Assembly (NCBI GenBank): GCA_041287425.1
Contig: JBEULG010000028.1
Coordinates: forward strand, 36,299-100,298
Length of the DNA: 64,000 bases
Reading direction: 5' to 3'
Origin: Anaerolineales bacterium
GTDB taxonomy: Bacteria > Chloroflexota > Anaerolineae > Anaerolineales > Villigracilaceae
The notes under the pieces are model-generated. The model was not told the DNA's origin. It saw only the letters and a program-made list of their open reading frames with translations, and ran no database searches. Shown here in pieces: positions 37,012 to 44,862 of the stretch. The translations under genes and the position numbers were made by a program. The stretch's first letter is position 1, and the number at the start of each line of letters is the position of its first letter.

Positions 37012-37737
37012 ATGCGCACCCGTTTTCTGTCTCTGGCTGTGCTTTCGATTTTGAGCCTGCTGCTGGCCGCTTGCGGTCAGACCACCATCTACGCCCAGCC
37101 CGCGCCGCAGGAACGCACTCTCACCGTCAGCGGCAGCGGGATGGTCACCCTGACCCCCGATATCGCTTACGTCTCGATTGGCGTTCACACCCAGGACGAA
37201 AGCGCCAATGCGGCCATCGGTGCCAACAACGCCCGCGCCGAGGCGGTCATCCGCGCCCTGCGCGGCTTCGGGATTGAAGAGCGCGACATCCAGACCACCA
37301 ATTTCAGCATCTATCCCCAGCCCATCTACGATGAGAATTACAATCAGATTGGCGTGACTTACGTGGTGGACAACACCGTCTATGTGACCGTACGCGACCT
37401 GGAGGTGTTGGGCGAATTGCTCGATTCGGCGGTGCGGGCCGGGGCGACGACGATTGGCAGCATTGCCTTCGACGTCTCCGACCGCACCGAGGCCCTCTCC
37501 CAGGCCCGGCTGGCGGCGGTCGAAAACGCCCGCCGTCAGGCCGAGGAACTGGCCTCGGCGACGGGCGTCGCCCTGGGCGAGGTGATCACCATCTCATACT
37601 ACGACAGCACTCCCCTCCCCTACACCGACGCGGCCCGCATCAACGCCCCGATGGCCGAGATGGCGGCCAGCGTGCCGGTCCAGGCCGGGACATTGCAGAT
37701 CACCACCACGGTCACGATTGTGTACTCGCTGCATTGA
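37012..37737 (+). CDS. SIMPL-domain (DUF541) lipoprotein, copy 2 (tandem paralog)
   Basis: Part of ORF 36934..37737. Start MRTRFLSLAVLSILSLLLAAC. Colinear similarity to copy 1 (VDNTVYVTVRDL shared). Confidence 0.85.
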   Translation: MRTRFLSLAVLSILSLLLAACGQTTIYAQPAPQERTLTVSGSGMVTLTPDIAYVSIGVHTQDESANAAIGANNARAEAVIRALRGFGIEERDIQTTNFSIYPQPIYDENYNQIGVTYVVDNTVYVTVRDLEVLGELLDSAVRAGATTIGSIAFDVSDRTEALSQARLAAVENARRQAEELASATGVALGEVITISYYDSTPLPYTDAARINAPMAEMAASVPVQAGTLQITTTVTIVYSLH

Positions 37738-37835
37738 CCGGCAAGAGGGTCGCCGCGCCGGTTTTCGATGAAAAACGGAAGCCTTCCGGCAAGTCGGAAG
37801 GCTTCCACCCATTTGAGGCCAGATTTTCTTCCCCA

Positions 37836-38765
37836 TCAGAACCAATCTCGTTTGATAAAGACGAAGACGGCGACAGCCACCAGCAGCATCGAGATTCCCA
37901 ACACAATGAAAAAGGCGTGGGGATGCTCTTGCACAGGCAAAGACACATTCATGCCGTAAAAGGAAGCGACAATAGTGGGGACGTTGATGATGATGGTCAA
38001 GGCTGCCAGGGCCTTCATGACGGTGTTGAGGTTGTTCGAAATAATCGAGGCGAAGGCGTCCATCAGACCGTTGAGGATGCTGGTTTGGATGTTGGTCATC
38101 TCGATGGCTTGTTGATTCTCGGTGATGACATCCTCCAGGAGTTCCTGGTCTTCCTCGAATTGATTGAACATGCGGACGCGTTGCAGGCGTTCCATGAGCA
38201 CTTGATTGGAACGCAGGCCGGTGGTGAAATAGACCAGGCTCTTCTGTACTTTGAGCAATTCCAACACCTCGCGGTTGCGCGTCGAGAGTTGCAACTGGTC
38301 TTCGAGCGCCTCGGTGATGCGGTTGATTTCCCGCAAGTAACTCAGATAGCGGAGCGCCGTCTCGAGGAAAACATACAAGGCGAAGCGGTAACGCTTGGCC
38401 GTCTTCAAGCCGCGATATTTGCCGTTGCACAAGGCGCGGACGATGTCGTTTTCGTAGCGGCAGATGGTCACCACGAAACGGTCGGTCAGGATAATTCCTA
38501 AGGGGATGGTGATGTGGGGGATGTCGGTGCCGGAACCCTGAAAATAGGGGATGCGCAGGAGGATGAAAACATAGTTTTCATCCCGTTCCATGTGCGCCAT
38601 CTCGTCTTGGTCGAGAGAGTAGTTGATCAGGTCTGTTTCGATCCCCCAAGCCTGCAACTGGGCAATTTCATCGGGGGTGGGCTCGACAGCGTTGATCCAG
38701 CATCCATTGATAACATCGTCGAAGCGCTGCAGGCCTTGTTCTGTGTTTTTGTAAATTGCCAGCAT
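37836..38765 (-). CDS. corA: CorA-family magnesium/cobalt transporter
   Basis: YGMNV (GMN) motif followed by two C-terminal transmembrane helices. 309 aa. Confidence 0.9.
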   Translation of the reverse strand: MLAIYKNTEQGLQRFDDVINGCWINAVEPTPDEIAQLQAWGIETDLINYSLDQDEMAHMERDENYVFILLRIPYFQGSGTDIPHITIPLGIILTDRFVVTICRYENDIVRALCNGKYRGLKTAKRYRFALYVFLETALRYLSYLREINRITEALEDQLQLSTRNREVLELLKVQKSLVYFTTGLRSNQVLMERLQRVRMFNQFEEDQELLEDVITENQQAIEMTNIQTSILNGLMDAFASIISNNLNTVMKALAALTIIINVPTIVASFYGMNVSLPVQEHPHAFFIVLGISMLLVAVAVFVFIKRDWF

Positions 38766-38770
38766 GCCAA

Positions 38771-38818
38771 CCTCCCCGGCGCCAGACCATCACCGGAGAG
38801 GCTGATTCCCCTCCCCGG
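38771..38818 (-). promoter_or_regulatory. Candidate SD-sequestering switch in the corA leader
   Basis: The mRNA reads CCGGGGAGG-ggaatcag-CCTCTCCGG-(13 nt)-CCGGGGAGG-ttggc-AUG. The anti-SD CCUCUCCGG can pair with either identical copy, and the downstream copy is the RBS. Confidence 0.4.
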
Positions 38819-39079
38819 CAGTCGTGCGCCTGTTGTGTGATGCAAAGCTGCGTTTTGCAGACTCGGAAGAATCGCTATCCTCGTGATTCATTCTGCCTTT
38901 CCTTGCTGTCGTCCAACCAACGCCCCAATTTTACGCCTTCTTGGCTTCTCTCACAATACCTGGCGCTGACAAAAAAGCCAGGACTTACACAAAATAAACC
39001 GCCAAGGCGCTGAGAACGCCAAGAAGGCTTGGCGACTCGGCGGTGAGAAAAACATCGTTCTGCGTAAGTCCTAAAAGCA

Positions 39080-39114
39080 ACAAAAAACGGCTCCCGACCT
39101 GAAGCCGGGAGCCG
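39080..39114 (-). terminator. Intrinsic terminator after lexA
   Basis: Minus strand: CGGCTCCCG-loop-CGGGAGCCG followed by TTTTTTG. Confidence 0.8.
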
Positions 39115-39124
39115 CTCGAGGAGG

Positions 39125-39802
39125 TCACTTTGCGCCGCTCTGCTCCACCTTGCGGATGACCATCACCACTTTGCCTTTGATTTCCAAAGGTTCCTCCTTG
39201 CTGATGATGATGGGCTGCATAGTCGGATTGGCCGGCTGGAGGCGGTAATGGTCGCCTTCTTTGAAGAAGTATTTCAGCGTCGTCTCGTCGCGGTGAGGCA
39301 GCCAAATGGCGACCATCTCACCATTGTTGGCGTTGGCTGCCCGCTTCATGATGACGATGTCGCCGTCGTTGATCATGGCGTCAATCATCGAATCGCCTTG
39401 AACTCTCAGGGCGTATAAATCGTCCTCTTTTTCGCGGCTTGGGATGACGCTGCGGGCGATGTCCACGGCGTCGAGGTCCTCTCCTACATAGGTGGGGCCG
39501 GCATCGGGGACCAGGATGGGCAAGCCGGCGGCAATGGGGCCTAAAATGGGAATCCGCACCAGTTCCTGGGCGGGGAGCGGACCGGGCAGCCGCAGGGCGC
39601 GCGAGTAACGGGCATCCCGTTCAATTAGCCCCAGGTCGGCCAGTTGCTTGAGGTAGTAAGTGACCACCGAGGTGGACGAGATGCCGGTCGCCTGACCAAT
39701 TTCGCGGATGGATGGCGGGTAGCCCTGTTCGCGCAGCCGTTTGTTGATGTAATCGAGGATTTTCTGGTGTCGTTCGGTCAGACCTTTGCGAGTGCGGACC
39801 AT
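39125..39802 (-). CDS. lexA: LexA repressor
   Basis: LTERHQKILDYI..GYPPSIREIG wHTH. Cleavage and S24 peptidase region VQGDSMIDA..DGDIVIM..NGEMVA. Confidence 0.93.
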   Translation of the reverse strand: MVRTRKGLTERHQKILDYINKRLREQGYPPSIREIGQATGISSTSVVTYYLKQLADLGLIERDARYSRALRLPGPLPAQELVRIPILGPIAAGLPILVPDAGPTYVGEDLDAVDIARSVIPSREKEDDLYALRVQGDSMIDAMINDGDIVIMKRAANANNGEMVAIWLPHRDETTLKYFFKEGDHYRLQPANPTMQPIIISKEEPLEIKGKVVMVIRKVEQSGAK

Positions 39803-39843
39803 GACACACTTCCTTTCTGAGCAGATTCGCTCATTTGTGCTAT

Positions 39844-39873
39844 ATCATAACACGAACATACGTTCTGTGTCAA
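39844..39873 (-). promoter_or_regulatory. lexA promoter TTGACA-18-TATGAT with an embedded SOS box CGAACATACGTTCT (39853-39866)
   Basis: Read directly. The GAAC-N4-GTTC palindrome matches the Gram-positive/Chloroflexi-type LexA box and sits in the promoter spacer. Confidence 0.7.
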
Positions 39874-39927
39874 GTAGGAATCTCGATTTTTCAGATGCGG
39901 ATTGGGACGATGAGAAAGGCCCCCAAA

Positions 39928-41661
39928 TCAGAATTCGCCCGCACCAGGCAGACGGAATTTTTCGATGAGCAGGATGCCGGCGCCGGTCACGAGCATGAGG
40001 AGGGTGGCCATGGCCATCGCCTGGCCATAGTTCATCCCGCCGGGCTGCGAGAGGAAGCGGTAGATGGCCGTCGGCAAGGTGGGGTATTCAGGACGCGCCA
40101 GCAAGGCCGCCGCCCCAAATTCACCCAACGAGACGGTGAAGGCGAAGACTGCCGCCGCCAGGGTCGCCCGGCGCACGATCGGCCAGTCCACCGTCTGCCA
40201 GACGCGGAAGGGGGCGGCGCCCAGCGAGGCGGCTGCCTGGCGTAGCCGCGGCGGGATGGCAGCCAGCGCCGGCTGCAAGGTGCGGATGACGAAGGGCAGG
40301 GCAATCAGGGTGTGCGCCAGCGGGACAAACACGGGGGAGGCCAGCCAGCGGCCAAAGGAGACGATGAAGCCCAGGCCGAGGGTCACGGCCGAAGCGCCGA
40401 GCGGCAGCATGAGCAGCGGGTCGAGCAAGCGTTCCAGGCGTCCCGGCCGCGCCAGGGCCGAGGCGACCGGGAAGCCGAGGGCGAGGGCGAGAATCACCGT
40501 CAGGCCGGCATAGGCCAGGGAGTTGAACAACGCCCGAAAGGGCGGGACGTAGAACAGTGAGCCGCTGCGGTTGACGAACAGTTCGGCGTAGTAAGCGCCG
40601 GTCAGACCATAGCGCACGCCGCCGCGGTCGCCGAGGTCGGCTTCCAGGCGGGTGAGCGAGCGGAGCGGCAGCGAGAGGAGCGGCAGGACGAAGAGGAGTA
40701 CCAGCAGCGCTGAGAGGCCGATGACGAAGAGCCGCTGGCGAGCGGTGCGCGGCCGGCGCAGGTTGACGGCTGCCGGGCGGGGGCCGAGCGGGGCGGTCAG
40801 GCGCGTCGCCAGGCGGCTGTAGAGCGCCGAAAAGGCCAGGGTGCACAGCAGTTGAATCAGGGCCAGCCAGGCAGCCAGCGGCAAATTGAAGAATTGGATG
40901 GTCTGCAAGTAGATTTCCACCTCGAGGGTGGCAAAGCGCGCCCCTCCCAGAAGCAGGATGACGCCGAAACTGGTGAAGTCGAACAGGAAGACCAGCAGAG
41001 CGGCCGCCAGCAGCGGCGGGCGCAGCAAAGGCAGGGTCACCGCCGTGAAGAGCCGGCGCGGGGTGGCCCCCAGAGTGCGGGCGGCCTGCTCCAGGCGCGG
41101 GTCGAGGTGAGTCAGGGCGTTGCCGACCAGGCGGACGACGATGGTGGTGTTGTAGAAGACGTGCGCCAGCAGGATGGCGGCCAGGCTGCCGACGAAGCGG
41201 ATGGGCGGTGCATCCAGCCCGAGAGTGTTCATTAGCAAGAGGTTGAGCCAGCCGCGCCCTCCCAGCCAGGCGTTGAACCCGGCAGCGACGACCACGGTCG
41301 GCAGCATGAAGGGGATGGCAGTCAGGGCGCGCAGCCAGGCGCGGGCGCGGAAATCGTAGCGCGCAAAGAGCCAGGCGGCGGGCAGGCCCACCAGGAGCGT
41401 CAGCAGGGCCGAGAGGGCAGCCTGAAAGAAGGTGAAAGCGAAGACCGAGGCCGCCCGTCCGAGGCTGGCCGGGCTCAGGGCGGCAGGGTCCAGGCTGAGG
41501 GTCAGGATGCGGGCCAGGGGGTAGAAAAAGAAGACCGCCAGGAACAGCAAAGCCGGAAGCCAGAGAGCGAGGCGGCGCCCGGGGAGGGCGGCGATTCGGC
41601 GGAGCAGAGCGGGCCGCTCCGGCCGAATCGCCGAATCGAGAAGTTGAGGCTGGCGGCTCAA
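39928..41661 (-). CDS. thiP: ABC transporter permease, two-module (ThiP-like)
   Basis: 577 aa with about 12 transmembrane segments and two EAA-like loops. Overlaps the thiB stop. The operon is under a TPP riboswitch. Confidence 0.82.
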   Translation of the reverse strand: MSRQPQLLDSAIRPERPALLRRIAALPGRRLALWLPALLFLAVFFFYPLARILTLSLDPAALSPASLGRAASVFAFTFFQAALSALLTLLVGLPAAWLFARYDFRARAWLRALTAIPFMLPTVVVAAGFNAWLGGRGWLNLLLMNTLGLDAPPIRFVGSLAAILLAHVFYNTTIVVRLVGNALTHLDPRLEQAARTLGATPRRLFTAVTLPLLRPPLLAAALLVFLFDFTSFGVILLLGGARFATLEVEIYLQTIQFFNLPLAAWLALIQLLCTLAFSALYSRLATRLTAPLGPRPAAVNLRRPRTARQRLFVIGLSALLVLLFVLPLLSLPLRSLTRLEADLGDRGGVRYGLTGAYYAELFVNRSGSLFYVPPFRALFNSLAYAGLTVILALALGFPVASALARPGRLERLLDPLLMLPLGASAVTLGLGFIVSFGRWLASPVFVPLAHTLIALPFVIRTLQPALAAIPPRLRQAAASLGAAPFRVWQTVDWPIVRRATLAAAVFAFTVSLGEFGAAALLARPEYPTLPTAIYRFLSQPGGMNYGQAMAMATLLMLVTGAGILLIEKFRLPGAGEF

Positions 41662-42701
41662 CGCAGCACCACCTCGGCCCAGGCGGCGATCCAGCGTTCG
41701 CGGTTGGCGGCGATCAGCGCCGGGTCGAGACTGGCGGGCTGTTCGGCGGTCTGCGCCCAGCGGACGAATTCAGGCGGGAGCGCCGCCCGCTGGTTGACCG
41801 GATAGACGAACATTTGCAGGGGCATATCTTCCTGGAAGCGGGTGTCGAGCATGAAATCAACGAAGGCTTCGGCCAGCGGCCGATTGGCCGCCCCGCGCAG
41901 GATGCCGACGAATTCGATTTGCCGGAAGCAGGTGCCGGGGGCGGTGATGGCGGCGGTGGGGGCCGTCTCGACCGGCGGGTCAGCGTAGATGACTTCTGCC
42001 GCCGGGCTGGAGGCGTAGGAGACGACCAGCGGCTGCGGCCCGCGGCCGGACGAACCGCTGAAGTTGGTGTAGTAGGCCGTGCCCCAATCGTCCACCACAA
42101 CCAGGCCGTTGGCGCGCAGGCCGGCCCAGTAGTCCAGGTAGCCGTCTTCGCCAAAGGCGGCGATGGTGGCCAGCAGGAAGGAGAGGCCGGTGGAGGAAGT
42201 GGCCGGGTTCTCGACCACCAGCAGGCCGCGGTAGGCGGGGTCGAGCAAGTCGTCGAGGCGCTGGGGGAGCGGCAGGCCGCGCTGTTCGAACCAGGCGATG
42301 TCGTAATTGAGGCAGACGTCGCCGTAATCGACCGGCAGGGCGCGGTGTTGTGGGTCGAGTTCGAAGGCATCAGGGATGTCGGCCAGGCGCGGCGATTCAT
42401 AGGGTTCGAAGATACCGGCTTCGAGGGCGCGCGAGAGGAAGGTGTTGTCCACGCCGTAGAAGACGTCGGCCAGCGGGGCTTCGGCGCTCAGGATGGCTTT
42501 GTTGAGCGCCTCGCCGACCGAACCGCTGCGCAGAATCACGACCTCGACGTTGTGCTGCTGCTCGAACTCGGCGATGACCTCTTCGCTGATGGCGAAATCA
42601 TCGTGGGTCATGACCGTCAGCGTGGCAGGCTGCCGCGCCCGGCAGGCGGGCAGCAGCGTCAGGCAAAGGACAAGCAGGAAAACAAGGAATGAGCGTTTCA
42701 T
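41658..42701 (-). CDS. thiB: Thiamine-type ABC substrate-binding lipoprotein
   Basis: Lipobox LTLLPAC. ThiB/iron(III)-family periplasmic binding fold by similarity. The thiamine assignment rests on the riboswitch context. Confidence 0.78.
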   Translation of the reverse strand: MKRSFLVFLLVLCLTLLPACRARQPATLTVMTHDDFAISEEVIAEFEQQHNVEVVILRSGSVGEALNKAILSAEAPLADVFYGVDNTFLSRALEAGIFEPYESPRLADIPDAFELDPQHRALPVDYGDVCLNYDIAWFEQRGLPLPQRLDDLLDPAYRGLLVVENPATSSTGLSFLLATIAAFGEDGYLDYWAGLRANGLVVVDDWGTAYYTNFSGSSGRGPQPLVVSYASSPAAEVIYADPPVETAPTAAITAPGTCFRQIEFVGILRGAANRPLAEAFVDFMLDTRFQEDMPLQMFVYPVNQRAALPPEFVRWAQTAEQPASLDPALIAANRERWIAAWAEVVLR

Positions 42702-42722
42702 CGGGACCTCCCAAAAGATGAG

Positions 42723-43367
42723 TTATTTCTGACGGCGGTGAACGACCAGCAGCAAGCCAGATGCCAGCGAGACGGCCGCCTGCTCGGCGAGCAGTTCGTT
42801 GCTGACGCCGCGGGTTTGCTCCGGATAGAGAGTTTCGGCGCGCAGCGGCCAGCGCAGGCCCTCGGTGACCACGCCGGCGGCCGGCCCGCCCCAGGGCAGC
42901 AGGGAGACCAGGTCACCGGGGCGGCCTGCCAGGTCGGCGCGGCTGCGGACGAAGAAGGCCTCTTCGAGGCCGTCGTCGAGGCGGATGGGGAGGGCGGCGA
43001 AGCGCGGGGCAGTGAGCAGGGCCAGGTTGGCGAGGGTCTGGTCGAGGCGGCCGCCCAGGGCGGCCAGGATGACGACGGCTGCGCAGTCCTGCTGGAGGGC
43101 GAAGTCGAGGGCCAGTTCGAGGTCGGTCTGGTCTTTGTCGGGCGGGTGGGTGATGAGGCGCGCTCCGCCAGCCTCCAGCCGACGGCGGTCGGCGACGGAG
43201 AGCGAGTCGAGGTCGCCGATGACGGCGGCGGGCAGCAGGCCGAGGGCGAGGGCGTGGCGGCTGCCGCCGTCGGCAGCCAGGAGCAGGTCATCGGGTCGGA
43301 CGAGGCGGCGGGCCGCCTGGAGGTCGGGCAGGCTGCCGTTGGCAAATATCAGGGCGCGTGGGTACAT
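42723..43367 (-). CDS. thiN: Thiamine pyrophosphokinase
   Basis: ALIFANGS...LLLAADGG...AVIGDLDS signature and a C-terminal thiamine-binding beta domain. Confidence 0.85.
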   Translation of the reverse strand: MYPRALIFANGSLPDLQAARRLVRPDDLLLAADGGSRHALALGLLPAAVIGDLDSLSVADRRRLEAGGARLITHPPDKDQTDLELALDFALQQDCAAVVILAALGGRLDQTLANLALLTAPRFAALPIRLDDGLEEAFFVRSRADLAGRPGDLVSLLPWGGPAAGVVTEGLRWPLRAETLYPEQTRGVSNELLAEQAAVSLASGLLLVVHRRQK

Positions 43368-43396
43368 GTCACCACCATCCGAGGCGGGAAGCCCGT

Positions 43397-43428
43397 CGAA
43401 AAGAAAACCATCCTCCGGGGAGGATGGT
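43397..43428 (-). terminator. Riboswitch expression-platform terminator
   Basis: Minus strand: ACCATCCT-CCCCGG-AGGATGGT followed by TTTTCTTTTC, between the TPP aptamer and thiN. Confidence 0.7.
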
Positions 43429-43435
43429 GATGAGT

Positions 43436-43532
43436 CGAGCGCGTATCCCTCCGCCGGTATGATCCGGATCAGGTTCTGCGGGTCGAAGGCTGGACCTTCC
43501 TCTCAGCCCGTGGACGGGCTCCCCGTTAGATT
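43436..43532 (-). promoter_or_regulatory. TPP (THI-box) riboswitch aptamer
   Basis: Minus strand: GGGGAGCCCGTCCACGGGCTGAGAGG...ACCCGCAGAACCTGATCCGGATCATACCGGCGGAGGGA. Contains the CUGAGA and ACCUGAUCYGGAUNAURCCRGCG core. Confidence 0.9.
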
Positions 43533-43541
43533 GTTGTCACT

Positions 43542-43570
43542 AGTATACGGCGAGGGGGCGCGGCTGTCAA
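43542..43570 (-). promoter_or_regulatory. Consensus promoter TTGACA-17-TATACT driving the riboswitch/thiamine operon
   Basis: Read directly on the minus strand. Confidence 0.7.
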
Positions 43571-43594
43571 GATAAAAACTGGCCGGCAGGCGAC

Positions 43595-44386
43595 TCAGCG
43601 CACGCGGCGTTTCCACTCGTCTTTCAATTGCAACTGGCGCGGGCTGTCGCCGGATATGAGCGCCAGGAAGTCGGTCAGCAGGCGGTTGAACTTGGCGCTT
43701 TCGTCAATCATCGGGAAATGGCCGGATTCATCCAGGATGATTTGGTGAATGCGTTCCGGCATGTCCATGATGCGCTCATAAGAGGGGGTTTGGATGGCGG
43801 GGTCATTCTGTCCATGGACGATGAGGCAGGGGGTGTTGAGAGTATCCATGAGCGGGAGGAGGCTGGCGCCGTCCAGGTCGTTGAAGGAGGCGACGATGGC
43901 GGCCGGGTCGGCTTTGGGGGCGTCGGTGCGGGCCGGTTCGGTGAGGGGGTCACGGCTCAGCAGCCAGTCGGCCAGATCGGCGGGGGAGGCGGGGGAACGC
44001 AGGCGAGCATTGACGGCGCCGATTTCGAACGGCACGCTGACGGCCATCAGGCGGTCGACCATCTCAGGAACGCGGCGGGCGAAGAGAATGCCGATCAGGG
44101 CACCCAGGCCGTGACCGACCAGAGCCACCTTGCCGATGCCCATCTCAACCATGAACTGTTCGAGCAGGGCGGTCTGTTTTTCGAGGCTGTAGCAGGAGGT
44201 GTCTTTGGCGGTGTCGCCGAATCCCCACAGGTCGAGGGCATAGGCGCGGAAAGAGATGGCCGCGGTCTGCATGGCGGGCACCCAGTAACGCCAGGAACCC
44301 ACCCAGCCGTGCAGGAAGATGATCGGACGGCCGCGCCCGAGCACCTCGTAATGCACAATTTTTTCGTCAATCAAGATCGCGCTCAT
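43595..44386 (-). CDS. Alpha/beta-hydrolase-fold protein lacking the nucleophile Ser (GHGLG)
   Basis: Colinear paralog of 56236..57033 (IVHYEVLGRGRPIIFLHGW...). Nucleophile elbow reads LVGHGLGAL. The Asp (HGQNDP) and His (SGHFPM) positions are retained. Confidence 0.85.
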   Translation of the reverse strand: MSAILIDEKIVHYEVLGRGRPIIFLHGWVGSWRYWVPAMQTAAISFRAYALDLWGFGDTAKDTSCYSLEKQTALLEQFMVEMGIGKVALVGHGLGALIGILFARRVPEMVDRLMAVSVPFEIGAVNARLRSPASPADLADWLLSRDPLTEPARTDAPKADPAAIVASFNDLDGASLLPLMDTLNTPCLIVHGQNDPAIQTPSYERIMDMPERIHQIILDESGHFPMIDESAKFNRLLTDFLALISGDSPRQLQLKDEWKRRVR

Positions 44387-44482
44387 GCCTCGTTCGGCTT
44401 CTTTTCAGAGGGTTGCAATCTTTGTTTTCGGACACCTGTTTCTGTCTGCCGCGCCGAATCGCCTCGATCAACACGCATTGGC

Positions 44483-44857
44483 TCATTTCTTGTGCTGGGC
44501 CAGGATGGTCTGAATGCGCGCCGTGAGTTGGTCGGGGGCAAAGGGTTTGAGCAGATATTCGGTCGCGCCCGCCGACAGCCCGGCCTGAATCTCGGCTTCC
44601 TGGCCCTTGGCGGAGAGGAACATGACCGGGATATCCTGCAGGGCCGGGTCGGCTTTGATGGCGGCGCAGGCTTCGTAGCCGGTCATGCGCGGCATGCGCA
44701 CGTCCATGAGAATCAGGTCCGGTTTTTCCTGCTGGGCGAGGGAGACGGCCTCTTCGCCATTGCTGGCGGCGACCACTTCGTAGCCGGCGAAGCGCAGGGT
44801 AAAGGTAATCAGGTCTCGAATGTCGCGTTCGTCTTCTGCAATCAAAATCTTTGCCAT
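44483..44857 (-). CDS. Single-domain CheY-like response regulator
   Basis: ORF 44483..44866. Likely start MAKILIAEDE (AGGAG upstream). Canonical DE, D (LILMDVRMP), S/T and K (LLKPF). Confidence 0.9.
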   Translation of the reverse strand: MAKILIAEDERDIRDLITFTLRFAGYEVVAASNGEEAVSLAQQEKPDLILMDVRMPRMTGYEACAAIKADPALQDIPVMFLSAKGQEAEIQAGLSAGATEYLLKPFAPDQLTARIQTILAQHKK

Positions 44858-44862
44858 GGATG

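Noticed and set aside
38766-39079. M-box (ykoK) Mg2+ riboswitch upstream of corA
   Set aside because: I could not match the conserved M-box core by eye. It is kept only as an unclassified structured-leader candidate, and an Infernal scan is needed.
43571-43594. Terminator between the ten-gene operon and the thiamine promoter
   Set aside because: Only a GC-rich near-palindrome (CTGGCCGGCAGG) is present, with no convincing stem or U-tract. Whether the operon terminates here cannot be decided from sequence alone.
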